Source: Chrysemys picta bellii
Taxonomy: Eukaryota
Reading direction: 5' to 3'
NCBI RefSeq assembly: GCF_011386835.1
Contig: NC_088805.1
Location: forward strand, 23,250,001 to 23,314,000
Length of the DNA: 64,000 nucleotides
How positions within the stretch are numbered: position 1 is the stretch's first letter; the number at the start of each line of letters is the position of its first letter. This document shows, piece after piece, positions 1 to 13,198 of this stretch. The notes under the pieces are model-generated. The model was not told the DNA's origin. It ran no database searches and was given only the letters and a program-made list of their open reading frames with translations. The translations under genes and the position numbers were made by a program.

Positions 1-210
1 CTGTCTTTGTGAATCTTCATTTCTTTTGCTTTTGTAAACATGCCCACAGTGAAACATTTCATTTTGACTTGAGCAAAACATTTTGTTTGACCTGAAACAC
101 ATTATTTCAATTCACCTACAAATTTAAAAAAATACTGACCCAAAATGATTTTTTTCTGATTGTTCGGAACTTGCCAGTGAACCAAAAAATCAGTTCTTTG
201 ACCAGCTCTA
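1..210. mobile_element. End of an AT-rich non-autonomous DNA-transposon-like repeat
   Basis: A/T-run-rich text ending in tgaccagctcta; similar text at ~48330-48635. Confidence 0.35.
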
Positions 211-3134
211 CGTGGGAGGCCTGCAGAGGGCAGGAATTCAGGGCTGACGCTGCAGTGACACAAAGGACACCACCAGTGGACGTGTGTGTGAGAGCTTCCA
301 TTCCCATAAGGGTATCATAAGGTTCTGCCCTCCCACCTTCTACCAGCTATTATGTTGGCAGTGCTCAAAAGGGGCTTGATCCAAAGCCCCATTGAAGTCA
401 ACAGGAATCTTGCCACTGACTTCAGTAGCTCAGGCCTGTTATGTACTTGAGTTGGAAAACAAGGCCCAGCTTGGTGCAGGACTGTCAGGGATATGGTAAC
501 CACTCCCTCATTTGCAGATCAGGTGTGTACTACCCTAAGGTTAGAGCAGCCGGAAGACTGGCTAATTTATCCTAGTTAGCTAGTATCATACAGGCGCAAT
601 TCATAACTTTGCATACAGTGGTGCTACATAGATCATGCTATTGTTGACCAGCGAGTTATTAGTTTTTAAATGATACCTCATAAAATGTATTTTGAACAAA
701 GATTTTCACAGTGATGTATGGAGGGTGAATACCTGGGTGTTCTGGGTCACACCTTTCAAGCCTATTGATAACTCATAAGAGGAAACTGAGGCAGGCACAC
801 ACCTGCCGCTCTACACCAGGCTGCCAGAGGGTATGCAGAGCGATGCCAGTATTGACGCAAGGGTGAGCACTGCAGAGGGGAGGGTGAGCACCCATCCTGT
901 AATACCCCTCCACGGCCCTGGAGATAGGATTGAGGGTGAGAACAGAGGTCCAGGGGTTCTGCGTGAAAGCAACTGCAAGGGTTAATGATGTAATCCAAAG
1001 TGTTGTACTATAAAACACTGAGACTTAGGGCCAGCAAAGGTCAAGGTGTTTCAGGAAAATGTCCCTCCTTTAGTAATGAAGGGCCATCCCTGTCCCCCGG
1101 TGTGCGTGGAACTCCAATGAGTGCCAGTGGGAGCTGAGCATGCACAATGAAGGATGAACAGGCCTCTAATTGAGAACAGGGCTATGGCGTGTGCTGTGCT
1201 GCTGAAATTCTACGATACGTATCTTTGCTGCGTTTCATGAAATATTACAAATATTAGTGGCCACAGCACGTTTTCCATGGAAAACGGGAATGTTCTTGTT
1301 CTTCAACTGCTTAATTTTAGTTAGCGTTTTAGTAGAGGTTGTAAACTCTTTGCAGTTCTGACATATGTAACTCTATAAACCAGGCCAAGCAAACTTTTGA
1401 GTGATTTATTTCTTGACTATAAATGTATTTTGCAGTGATTCTGAAGCACTTTGCGATTCTTTTCTGCTGTGTAAAATGTTCACCTCATTTTGCTCAGTTT
1501 CACAAATTCGTCACTGGTTTACGCATTTCACAGTTGTTGGTTATTTTTGCAGGCTCGTTTGTGAATTTATACTTTTTGCCTTCACACAAACACGTTCATC
1601 ATTGTCTAACGAGTCAAAGAATCTAGAGGGAGAGGGGATTGTTATAGGAATGTTTCTTTCACCTGCACGAGTTAATGCCTTGGAACTTTTGAAGAATGAT
1701 GCTCTTTTGGGAATGCAGCGACTGTATGGAGAAACAGCGTAACCTTTAAGTAACTACTGGCCATCAGTCAGGAATGTCAGGTCCCTCAGCCCATTTCCTT
1801 ACCAGTATAGATTTTTCCCCCCTTACAATTCATTCTTCTAGTACATTATCCAGTCTAGATATGGAAATTACTACTTGGCATTTCTATAACTTCCTTGAAA
1901 GATTGTTCTGCAAGCTAATAGCTTTCATTGTAAGAAAGTTGTGTGTGATATTCAGCCTAATGTTTCCTTTTTCTTAGTTCTGCCATTTACTCCTAGCCAT
2001 ATCCCATGCACTACCCTAAATAATTCCTTTTCAGCCTTAGTGTGTACAACCTTCAAATTACTAGAGAAACTTACAATGTTTCCTCCCTTATGTCTCCACC
2101 GTGTCACCTTTTAGCCACGAGTTATGTATTTAGTTCTTTGAGGGCCCAATCCTGCAAGGGGCTGAGTGCAGGGGCCCCGATCTAAGCACTTAAGCATCCA
2201 CTGTACTTTAAACACGAGTAGTGGGACTATTTACATAGTCTTTGTTTACTTTGCACACCATTTACATATGGTAAGTTAAGTGCTTTGCCAGAGCAAGCCC
2301 TGACTCCTTCCTCCTAAACCACCCCTCTAGCCTCTCGATCACACGTGTAGCTCTTCTCTGAAGCAGAGAGTCCATTCTCTCGATCTTTCTAGTAAGGCTG
2401 TGCCCAGTAACGAGTACAAGTTTCCAGTCACTTGCACCAGAGCCACCTGTAGAATGGACAGTTACCTTTCTGCTTTGCTACCAAATGCCATGGGTACCCA
2501 ATAGTCACCGTGAAAAAGTCAACAACTGGCAGTAGTTGCCCCAGAGTTAATTCATGTTGTAAGCACAAATCAATAGGAGTTAAGGGCCTAACGTGCTTAG
2601 GTACTTCTGTAAATCCCAACTAGGCACCTATCTGCAATTTTAGGTCTAAAATACCTTTGTAAGTCTGCCCCAAGGCCTCTTATGAACTTCCCCTCCAGCT
2701 GCTCAGACCCTCAGGCATCAGCATCTGAAATCTAAAACATGTCACTCATAATGAACATAAGCTCTCAAATTCTAACTACAAATTAAAACATGTTTGGCCA
2801 GCCATCTGCCCTTAGCCCTCACCCTTCTCATTATTCCCTCAGTGTTTCTTGTTTGGCTTTTCTTGTACGGTCCGTCTAGATCAAAACATTGTTGTTTATT
2901 ATAAACATAATTCCTATAAAAGATAAGAAGCTCATCTGTATATCTTTATTAATCCTAAAGAAGATTGAAAGCTGACAGCAAGTAAAGAAGGGCAGATCAC
3001 CACAGCACCAACAGTAAGTAACATGCAAGGCAATTGCTAACAAAGACATACAAAAATATTTCAAACATGGCTGTAAGTTGCAAACTTCAGAGCCTAATTT
3101 CCCCACGTGAATATGATCATTATTATTTATGTTA

Positions 3135-3388
3135 CAGTAGCACCTAGAGGTTGCTGGTGAGGGCCTCACTGTGCTGGGCACTGTACAAACTGAGTAAGTT
3201 GTTTGTTCCCGTCTCAAAGAGATTACAATGCAAAGAGACAAAGCAAAGGGTGGGAGTGGAAACATTAGCGCAAAGAGGTAAAGAGACATGGGCAAGATCA
3301 CACAATAGTTCGGTGGCAGGGCTAGGAATAGAACCCAGGTCTTCTTGATTCATAGGCTAGTGCCCTAGCTTACTAGACCACACTGCCT
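3135..3388 (-). mobile_element. MIR/CORE-type SINE remnant
   Basis: Antisense MIR-like motifs: caagatcacac, gggctaggaatagaacccaggtct, tagaccacactgcct. Confidence 0.6.
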
Positions 3389-3735
3389 GACAGCAAGAAG
3401 TGAACCAGGACTCTGGACTGGACCCTTCTCTATCTTAATGCACACAGCAGTTAGGTGACTTGTGCCACTTGGTTTCTTCTCCCCATGTCCTCTTTGTGTA
3501 TTTTTTTTCTACGTCACATTAAACTCCCTCCCTATCACAGCCTCTCCTTCGAGCTCTTCTTCATACTTGACCTTTTCTACAATGCCCAGAAGAAGTGAGT
3601 AAATACATAAATCAATCATCTGCACCTCTGGATTTTTTTAGTGCACTCCACCCCTCTGTCAAGCTGTGAGTTTCCCCCAGTTGAGAGTGCCTTTCTGTCT
3701 GAGGTGCCCATTCCCATACTACCTGACCACCACAT

Positions 3736-3850
3736 AGCCTTTATCCTCATAAAACCCTCGTGAGGCAGGGCTATTATCCACATTTTACAGATGGGGAACA
3801 GAGGCACAGAGAGATTCGATGTCTTGCCCAACATCACAGAAGAGCTGGGA
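3736..3850 (-). mobile_element. MIR/CORE-type SINE remnant (probably continues ~4190-4285)
   Basis: CORE motif attttacagatggggaacagaggcacagaga. Confidence 0.6.
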
Positions 3851-3854
3851 ACTA

Positions 3855-4044
3855 ATATATGGAGGTATACCTATCTCATAGAACTGGAAGGGACCCTGAA
3901 AGGTCATCGATTCTAGCCCCCTGTCTTCACTAGCAGGACCAAGTACTGATTTTTGCCCCAGATCCCTAAGTGCTGCCCTCAAGGATTGAACTCACAACCC
4001 TGGGTGAGAAGGCCAATGGGCAAACCACTGAGCTATTCCCCCCC
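3855..4044 (-). mobile_element. Tortoise Pol III SINE (tRNA-derived head plus CR1-derived tail)
   Basis: Minus strand reads gggaatagctcagtggtt (A box) ... gagttcaatcc (B box) ... gatgacctttcagggtcccttccagttctatgagataggtata (CR1-like 3' tail). Confidence 0.85.
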
Positions 4045-5929
4045 ACTGAACTCAGGGCTCCTGAATCACAGAATCACCTGCTACCCATTTGACCAGCCAT
4101 CATCAACGCAGGACCACTGGATCATCCTGCCTTTGTGTATTGTGTAATACACTATGTTGTCAAGGTTGCATTAGACTATTATTATATTCATTGGCTGAGA
4201 TCACAAAGAAGTTCAGCAGCTCGGCTGGGAATAGAACCCACAATTCTTGATTCACTGTTTCCTGGCTTTAACCCTACACTGTGGTCCCTCACGTTAAAGT
4301 TGAGTTCTGCTCTGAAAAGTGACCCTGTGAAATTAGCTCTTTGGGAATCCATATTTATCAATGGCTTACAGGTGAATCTTTCTGAGTCTTCAGGGATGAA
4401 AAGTTTCTATTTAAATGTAAGATACCAGGCCGCCATGTTGACCATTGGCGTCACTGTGTTAGCTTCAGCAGAGTTACACCAGGGATGAATTTGACCAATT
4501 ATCATTTGCCAGTGATAGGCAATCAAAATATAGTGCCTGTATTTTGCAGACTACTAAGCAGACAGTTTTCAAAAATAACACAAATACAACAGCAGACGGA
4601 ACACTTCTATAATGCAGTCGCTGTACTGACGATATTCATGTGGTGTGCAATGACTATCAGTGCCGAAAGGTCTATAGGCCTGATGCAAATCACTGAAGTC
4701 AATGCCTTGTAAGCACCTCAGTGTAGCACAATCTTCCATGACCTTTGCTATTCTACCACAGCTGAAAACAGAGGAGGCCTAGTTCCCCCTCGTGTAGTGT
4801 TGCTGTAGGAGTGTAGCCATAACTGTACTCATTTAAGGTTTGCTGGTTATGTGATATGTGAAATGGCTAATTTTGAAAACCCAGGTGCTTCCACAAATAG
4901 CGTGCTGCCCTCTGGGTAGATCAGTCAATAGGCGCTTTCAGAAATGATGATGTGGTGATTGTAACTTGATGTCCTTCAGCGTTTTTTGGAAGTGGATGTG
5001 CTCTGGAGCCTGTCTGTTCTGTCTTCTAATGCTATGGAGAAGGTTCTCTAGGGCTTTGTTTCTCTCTCTTCTCTTCTACAGTTTCAGTTGAACTCTGCTG
5101 AATTAATCTCAGTCTGACATGCGGGCAGACTGTGGTAAAGGCTATTACTTCAAACGCAACAGAATATCATTGTAATACAGGATAGGACTTGTAAGACTAC
5201 CAATGATGATAAATGTTTGTGCTACTTAGCACCTTCAATCCGAGGATGATCGCTCAACATTTTTTTACAAATATTAATGAATTAAAGCACACAACACCTT
5301 GAGAGGCATATATCAAACATTGTCTCATTTTGCAGATAGGAGAGACTGAAATGCAGAAAGATTAAGGGTCAAATTCACTTAATCTTCTTCATTGAGTTCA
5401 GTAGACTTACTCTGGATTTAGGTTCCAGTTCCACAAAGCTTTTAAGATCATGTTTATCTTTAAAACACATCACAGTTTAAGCATTTACTTACCATGGAGC
5501 ACATGCTTAAGTATTTTGCTGAATAGGGGTGGTCTTAAACACATGGATTAAGTTAAGCATGTGTTTAAGTACTTTGCTGAACAGGGATGGGATTACTCAC
5601 ATGCTTAAAGGTAAGCAGGTGCTTAAAAAACTTTGCTGAATTTGGGCTTTGCTGAATAGTAACTGACAGCAGAATTTGGGTGTAAATGATTTGTCCAAAG
5701 TGAAATGCAAGTCCACGCCAGAGACTGGACTAGAAGCCAGATCTGCTCACTGGCATTCCCAACAACAACAAAATCAGTGTAGACCTTCAGGCTCTTGACA
5801 ATTCTTGTTTTGTCCTGGCAGTTGAAGAAGTCTCAACAAATGCCCCTTCGTATCCATTTGCCCTCACTTTTTCTTTTCCTCCTTAATCCTTCCTTGACCT
5901 TAGGCGCTGTATTTCATGTTACCCGCTTA

Positions 5930-6197
5930 GGCCTAGTCTACACTAGAAAAGGTTTGCTGGTATTGCTATATTGGCAAATCCTCCTGCTGTAGATGCAACC
6001 TACACCAGCAAAAGAGTGATTTCGCTGGGAGAGCTTTTACCGGTTCCCCAAGTGAAATAGATATCCTGACAAAAGCACTTTTCTGCCAGTATAACTTTGT
6101 CCACACTTGAGCTTTTGCCTGTATAAAAATGTCATTAAAAACTCACTCTCCTAATTTACATTATTATACTATCCAAAGTTTTAAATGTAGCTCAGCT
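5930..6197. mobile_element. Harbinger-type MITE
   Basis: Left end GGCCTAGTCTACACT resembles the TIR of the Harbinger at 49188; degenerate right end aatgtagctcagct. Confidence 0.55.
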
Positions 6198-9100
6198 GGT
6201 CCTTTATTTTTGATTCTGGGAAGGAACATGAAGCACCTGCCCAATGGAAATATTTAAAAATAAAACCCTTCTAACGCTAAGCCTGGCAGCCAGCCGCTAG
6301 TTGGTTTTGTATCTCAGCACAAGAAAAGCACCTTGGGTTGCAATTATCCTACTTAGATATTAAAGTAGAGCTCTGTATCAGACGGAAGATGAGAATGTAA
6401 TTTACAGGGCTGCGTCCCTTACTAATTTGCTGTTTAATGACTCTAGTTGGTGCTATCTTGACAGCAGGTACTGATGGTACAGAATGAGCTGCTCTCCTAA
6501 CCATGTCATTGTTACACATAAAGTCTTTAAAAGCCCATCTGTGTAAAGGGGGTTCAAGTCGGATATTTAAAAGGGAAAATGTTGTGCTTTAATTATTTTC
6601 ATATCCCATTGGTTCTGCTTTTTTCCCCAGGGTTTTCTCTGTCCACTTGAGTCTCTTAAAGGAATGTGCTGTGGGTTTTATTTAGGGGGAGATTGGAAGG
6701 GGGGGATGTCCTTTTGTTATTAGTCAAGATCTTGATGCCAGGAATGTGTATAGGCTCTTGGGTAGAATGTCTCCCCTAGGCTGCCTCTGAAATATATTTA
6801 GGAGCCTCACGTTGCTTTCCTGGCAGGGTGGGGGGAAATAGTTCCACCGCATGAAACGTGCCACATGTGGAGTTATTTTATTTCAAAAGAGGCAGCAGGG
6901 GGATTGATCTAGTGCTTCATCCTTGAGGGGGGAGTAATCCTTTCCCATAAGGTGGTTTCAAAACATAATAGGATCATTTCTAAAGGAATCCACATTCCTT
7001 CTGCACACACGGATGCTCTAATGCTGCTTAATTGTCACTCAAGATTTAAGCCACACTGCTCTTGTCCCTTTGTGTGAAATGGTCCCTGGGTTAAAGAAAC
7101 AGGACAGAAAAAAAATATTTGTCCTGAAGTTGTTAATTCCACATAAAAGCAGGCCAGTTAGCGACGGTCTCTTTATAAAGGGCAATGTCTCGTAGAATGG
7201 AAGGGAGGTGGAAGCCACCTTGGAAAACCCCAAATGAGAGACATTGCTGTTAATTTCTCAATGTGGGCCCAGTTTCCAACTTTGAAGAGTCTGCTAGAAA
7301 AATACACAGCCCTAGAGCATGCCTTGGGGTAGGCAGATATTTCCCTTTCCTTGAGAACGGCTACTTTGCTCATTGTCGTTACATTTTTTTCCTCATATTC
7401 AGCTCATTCTTCACCCTTGCTCAGACTAACAGACACCTTTTAAAGGCGTAGATATAGCACGGCAGGCTGTCATTTATTTTGAAAATCTGGTCACCTTTAG
7501 AGACCAGGCATTTTTACTTTGATTTCAATCCCACTGAAAATATGCTGAACATAAATCAAACAAAACCCCATATCTAACTGCTGTATTCAGAATGACCAGC
7601 TTTTAAGAACAGCCATGTAAATATGGGCTTTACCAATGGCAGGACCTGTTGACTAGAGGGTATGATATTGCAGCTAACCTTAATGCTTTTATATCGTATG
7701 GATCAAATTCCAATTTCCCTAATATTTAATATGGAGGTGTGGCCTATGTAGATGACAGGCCCCAGCATGCAATGCTTCATCTTGATTCAACCAGAAGATT
7801 GTAGTCTTCATGGGACATAAGCTCTATGCCATAGATCATATTGTAGAACTCCATGGAACATAATTTGGTCACATTCATAAAGCACAAGTGAGTGTTTACC
7901 TGTGGATTTTTTTAAACAGGAGATCCTCACTCCCACTAAAAAAACGGAACCATTGCAAATGCATGCATTTTGCAAATTACAGAGTAACAGAGCAAACCCA
8001 GGTAAAATAAGCAAGGCTAATGTCTCAAGATATACTCTGTGCAGTTTAATTCATATGGTTTATGATGCTCCATGGTATATTAGTAAATTAAGAGTAGCGT
8101 ATCTTGTAACAATAAGGGAATAATAATATCAGACTTCAGTTGTGTGTTTGCTCTTCAATCGTTGCTGAAAGGCGAGGACACCAGGTATGTTGTACAGCTT
8201 AAAATATGCCGTTTAGCAGAGTGTGTCTAAGCGACATTTCACTATATGTTAATAAAATCAGAAGGTTACACTTTGTTTTTGTGATGTCAGTGGCAATTTG
8301 CTGCCACAAATTACCGAAAGGATTATTTGCTGGAGTGATTCATCCACCATGTGCTCTGTGCATTCAGGGAAGGAAAACATAGCTCTCATGGTGTTTTGCT
8401 GTGGGCACAAAATGACTAGCAATTGTCAAAAGGCATTTATTTTTCTCCCTTGACACATCCTCCAAGCAAAGTGCAGTATATATATTTCCTGTAAATTCCA
8501 AGTCTCCCGCCCCATCCCCTTTTTTCCCAAGGAACAGCAGAAAACTAAGTACAAGGCTGAACACACATCAACATGTAGCAGGCATGGGACCTCAAGGCCT
8601 GCAGGAGACTCCCTGCTGTGAACCCACAAGCTCAGTGTTTCAAAGGCACTCAATTTTAACTCCTTCATCTGCTCATGCCAGGAGCTCTGAAAGGGATTAA
8701 ACCGCCCTTTCCAAAGAGTTTTGAAGTGGCCCTTGAGAAGGTAGAAGCACAAAATTCCAGCCGTAAGACTGAAACAAAATAGTTTCTCTTAATCCTGAGT
8801 GTGGTTTAAATTTCAGGTAAATGTGAAGGTTTTTTTCTTTTATTTTTCCTTTGCAAATCCAGTGAAAAATGTATAATTTACAAGAGAAAAATAGAAAAGC
8901 AAAATAAGGACGATTAATAATGGAGTTTAAAACATCAACAGCATTTTTCATGGATGGACTGGTAGCATTATCATAAAGTGAAGTTTGAATATGTGTTTAA
9001 ATAAACAATTTAAACTGGATATGGGACCAGATGCCTTAGGAGAGTGGTGAAGGCATTTGGAGACAGTCACCTTAAGGTCACTATTTTAAATCCAGTTCCA

Positions 9101-9340
9101 GTGATTGCTGTTGCCCCAGCAAACAAAGAATGGCAATGGGCTAGGTGCTTCCTAAACACCCCTTGTGCCAAGGAGGTAGTCACTGCATGGAGCTTGAAGG
9201 GAGGAACACAGGTTGTAAAAGGGAAGAGTTTGGAGGAGGCACCATGGTAATTCTTTGTCTCTGTTGCCACTTAAAATGGGGATATCCATCCATATTCCAA
9301 TATGCTTTGAAATCTATAAGGGAAAGTAGTTCTATGTAAG

Positions 9341-9969
9341 TGTAACGCCAACAGACCCCAGTCATCAGCAGGCAGGATAGAATCGTGGACTTTCAGAGCT
9401 TAGTGCATGAGTCTCTACCACATGAGCTAAAAGCCAGCTGGCTGTTAGCTAAGGCTCAGGGCCGGTGCTACCATTTAGGCCAAGTAGGCGGTTGCCTAGG
9501 GCACCAAGATTTGGGGGCGCCAAAAAGCGGTGCCCCCAATTTTTATTTATTTATTTATTTTACAGCGGCCGCTGCGCTGGGAGGGAGAGGTAGTGTGAGC
9601 CGCCGGCAGGCAGCCCAGGGGTTCCCCTGGGTCAGCACGCCGCTGGCAGCCCAGGGGAATCCCTGCGTCAGAGCTGCCGCACGGATCCCCGGGCCAGGGG
9701 GTGGGGGGTACCACGGGGGGGGGGGAGCTGCTCCACGACTCCCCAGGGCAGGGGGGGAGCTGCCGTGGGGTGGGGCACCTCAGGGTGAAAGGGGGGCGGA
9801 GAGCTGCCGCAGGGCTGGGGAGGCGCAATCTGGAAGTTTCGCGCCTTAGGCGAAACTTCCTTGCACCAGCCCTGCTAAGGCTGTAGAGCAGACTCCTTTT
9901 CTCTCTCTAAGGGGTCACGGTGCCACTAGATGGGACACACCACCATACCCAGAAGGCGCGTGGGTTCCA
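9341..9969. mobile_element. Short (~200 bp) TG..CA element with internal tRNA-like sequence, interrupted by a hAT MITE
   Basis: Starts TGTAAC and ends GGGTTCCA (degenerate GTTACA). Minus strand carries an A-box-like tagctcatgtgg and a degenerate B box. Confidence 0.55.
9457..9874. mobile_element. Non-autonomous hAT element (418 bp)
   Basis: TIRs CAGGGCCGGTGC / GCACCAGCCCTG; perfect 8-bp TSD CTAAGGCT (9449-9456, 9875-9882). Confidence 0.9.
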
Positions 9970-9984
9970 TACGCACTGACTAGG

Positions 9985-10075
9985 CCCTAGAGGAAAGGTG
10001 TCAACTTTATGCTTCTTGGCAGTCTCAGAAGAGAGGCCAAAGACGGGCTAGTCACAGAGGCTGACATTTCTTCAG
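9985..10075 (+). mobile_element. LF-SINE fragment
   Basis: ttggcagtctcagaagagaggccaaag matches the LF-SINE body motif also seen at 33059 and 59290. Confidence 0.5.
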
Positions 10076-10694
10076 TACCTTTTTTCCAACTTGGGGCTGG
10101 AGCACATTCATGGGACAATGTGAAGTAGCACTAGGTTAAAGGTTATGTCAGGAGTCGGGGTGTGTGTGTGCAGGGGGGGACAATGTTGTAACGTCAGCGA
10201 ACTGCTGCTGCCCTTGAAAAGACTTGTATTCATCAGTGGCAACAGCTGTCTAGGAGGCTCCATGTGACTGACAGCCACCCACGCTGCGGTAGTGCCGTGT
10301 GTGTGCACACACTGAGAGCTGCTGTGAGCTAGAACTTTACAGCTCAGGTTAGTCTGGGTTCATGAAGTTTAACTTTATTTTACAAAAGTGGGACTAAAAC
10401 CTGGTTTGAAGGGACCATGCTCACACGGTGTGTGAGAAGGAATGTGTCTATATCCCTGTATAGGTGAGAGGGCAGGAGCATAATGACCTGGTGAAGAGTT
10501 GGATACTCCTGCTCAGTCACCCCCTCAGTCTTTTTATCTCACAGTGACATAACAGTCCTGGACTATGTCTCCAAGCCGCATAGGAATATGGATGAGTTCT
10601 GCTGCCTGCAGTAGCTAGTCTTCGCCAAGCCCTCCTATGCCAATATTTCAACAGACCCCGAGTTCCCTCCACCTGTGGAATTGCCAATCCCAAG

Positions 10695-10985
10695 TGTTCA
10701 AAAATTATGAGTCAGGCTGCCCGAAATCATGAAATTAGCATAAAAATCGTGTTTTGTGGGTTTTTTTTAAAAAGTAACAAATGTGATGTCTCTTCATTTG
10801 CCTTCTGGATTTTTAGCTTTTAGAGACCACCTTTCAGGCTTTCCTCTGCAACCCTGGTGGCTAGAAACTTCATTTTAAAAAAAACATTCAGATTCTTATG
10901 TCATCTTATGATTCCAGGAGCTGGGTCTTTTAAGAAAACATCAAGTATCACATGTCTTATAATAAATTCATGAGTGATAGCAACA
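10695..10985 (-). mobile_element. AT-rich dispersed repeat, probable non-autonomous DNA element
   Basis: Reverse complement shares motifs with 12450-12735, 18590-18742 and 43695-43990 (cttaaagacccagctcctgg / aagccccagctct, aaagccagaaggcaaatgaa). Confidence 0.5.
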
Positions 10986-11119
10986 TTGGATTTTCTGCCA
11001 CACCCCTCTCTAATTCGACTGGCATAGTAAAACCTATCGCAAGGAGGAAAGGAAGGGGCTGTCTCTTGTGACCACAACAATATTTCACATATCTCCTTAT
11101 CACATGCAAGGTAGTCACA

Positions 11120-11500
11120 TTCTATAAAGGGACAGGACTTTTTTTTTATAGGCCTCAGTCTGCCAGACTGTCCTCAGATGATATCATCTGGGGGTTCCCC
11201 TCCTCAATTACTGGTGAGCAGCCTTCCCCATTTTGGTCCCTCCCTTGGACTCCACAGTCCTTTTGCTCTTTACTGTGATGGCCCTTCAGTAAATTCTGGT
11301 GACTGCCCTTCAGTTCTAGAGTGGGGCTGTGGTTGTGGTGGGATCTTTTCTGGATTGGTCTCCAGGAAATCAAACCTCTAGGTGGTCTGAGCCGAAGAGG
11401 ACAACTGGTGTCAGCACACCCAATCTGCGCTTTCCCAGGCAGACTATCCAAGTACAGCTCCAATAGTACTGCTCCGGTATGTCCATATTTCCTCTAGCAC
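11120..11500. mobile_element. Possible degenerate LTR fragment
   Basis: GC-richer block with repeated gcccttcag motifs; termini not resolved. Confidence 0.3.
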
Positions 11501-11815
11501 CCAGATCTCTAGCTTGAGCCAACAGGTTGCCTAGTCTTTCAAGTACTGGCTAAAAGCATGTGCCTGCACTGTCAAGAAATAGGGCTACTTCTCAAACCTC
11601 TACCAGTACAACTCCTCCAAATCCCTAATCAGTTAAAATTAGAAGCCTTGTAATCTGTAGCAGATTAGATATTTAATCAGATTCACTAGATATAATGTGT
11701 GTTTGCCTTTGAGTGTAGCAAAAGGCTGAAGCGCATAGTGCAAAGGCTTGGTTGAATCCTATCCTGAGGTACAATACTACAGAAGTTAAAGACAAAAACA
11801 CTTTAGGTTTTTTAG

Positions 11816-11965
11816 GAAAACTTGGGACTCCTAATGCTTGGGAGTGCGTACAAGCTCCTTGCAGAGAGATACAGCCTCCCTGTTCCTTTTTACACACTCT
11901 TAATGTTGGCCACAACATCAGCAGAACACTTTCCTGCTTGATCTGGACTCCTGTTTGATCAAACC
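11816..11965 (+). repeat. 150-bp dispersed direct repeat, copy 1
   Basis: Identical to 13199-13348 (compared base by base). Confidence 0.95.
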
Positions 11966-12449
11966 AAATTACTCCATCTGTAATTTGGCAGATGAAGTAT
12001 TTCCCTTGTAGAATTTGAGTTGCAATCTAGCCTAGTACCAAAATGAAACATGATTGCTTAATCCAGTTCAGCTCCTCCTAGATACTAGAGACTATCACAG
12101 AACCACTATATATAATTTTATCCCTCTTTTAAAAGGGCTCTTTCCCCTCTACACTCCACACCACAGTTCTGAGAGATGTTGCTCTTGACTTCCTTGGCTT
12201 CTGCTGTTCCAGGACAAACCAGGGGCACCAGGGCTATTTGCAGGCTTTGGGACTGTAGTTTACTTCCTCACATGCTATAAAAGGGAGAAGGAGGCACTGA
12301 CACACAAGTAGAGAGTTCTCCATGGAGGTACCTATGTCTTATATCTGAAGGAGACCCACTCCGCCAATTTGTCCTCACTCCACTGGAGGGGTTGGTGACA
12401 GGACCCAGTGGGTGACCTACAGGCTGAGAATTGGCTGGTATAAAACAGG

Positions 12450-12735
12450 CGTGTTGCCAAGTCTTGTGATTTCATCATGAGTCAGGTTGTACTGGGTGCT
12501 CCAGCTTGTGGAATCATGTACCTTTGAGAAGATTTGAGTTTTCTTTCTATTTTTTTTAAAGGTAAGTTTCCAGCGATCATGGTTGTAGAGGAAATACTTG
12601 AAAATGTGACACGAGCATCCTAAAGACTCAGAAACCAGATGGCAAATAAAAAGTACCTATAAAATATATATTTAATCTCTTGATTTTTTGAGGGCCCGAC
12701 TCATGGTTTTGAAAGCATGGTGTTGGTAATACTAC
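12450..12735 (+). mobile_element. Same AT-rich repeat family as 10695-10985
   Basis: gttgccaagtc...aaagactcagaaaccagatggcaaataaaaag. Confidence 0.5.
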
Positions 12736-13198
12736 ATTCTCTTCAGTTTTTCCCAAAGAATATTTGGTATTCAGCTAAGTGGTGACAGTGCAACACTTAG
12801 CTAATGCTTCCTGCACCTCTCATGGTGCTAGACTCAAGTTTCTCCAAATTAATCTTTAAAATAAATAGTGTAAAAAGTTGTAAAATTGGTAACTGGTGTT
12901 TGATCATAAGAGTTCCTCATGCTCTCCTCTGCTCATGCAGTCTCTGTCTTGTACTTTCACCCCTATGCAGATGGGCACATATCTAATATGAATAATGTTT
13001 TCACTAGTCTACCACTGGTTCTGATGATACGAGTGCTAAGTTCCTTCACTGAGCTGCTGCACTGTTTGTACTGAAAGTAGAATAAGAGCCAGTTTTTTAG
13101 AGATCCCTTGTTCAGAACTTCTCCAAGTATTTCATCTATAGCCCCAGCAACATTCTTCTCCAGTCACTCCAACCTCCTGATGTCCTACATCTGGGTCA

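Noticed and set aside
3975-4044. Functional tRNA gene (also 9367-9436 and 59470-59549)
   Set aside because: A and B boxes are present but no complete cloverleaf; all are embedded in SINE or LTR-like elements.
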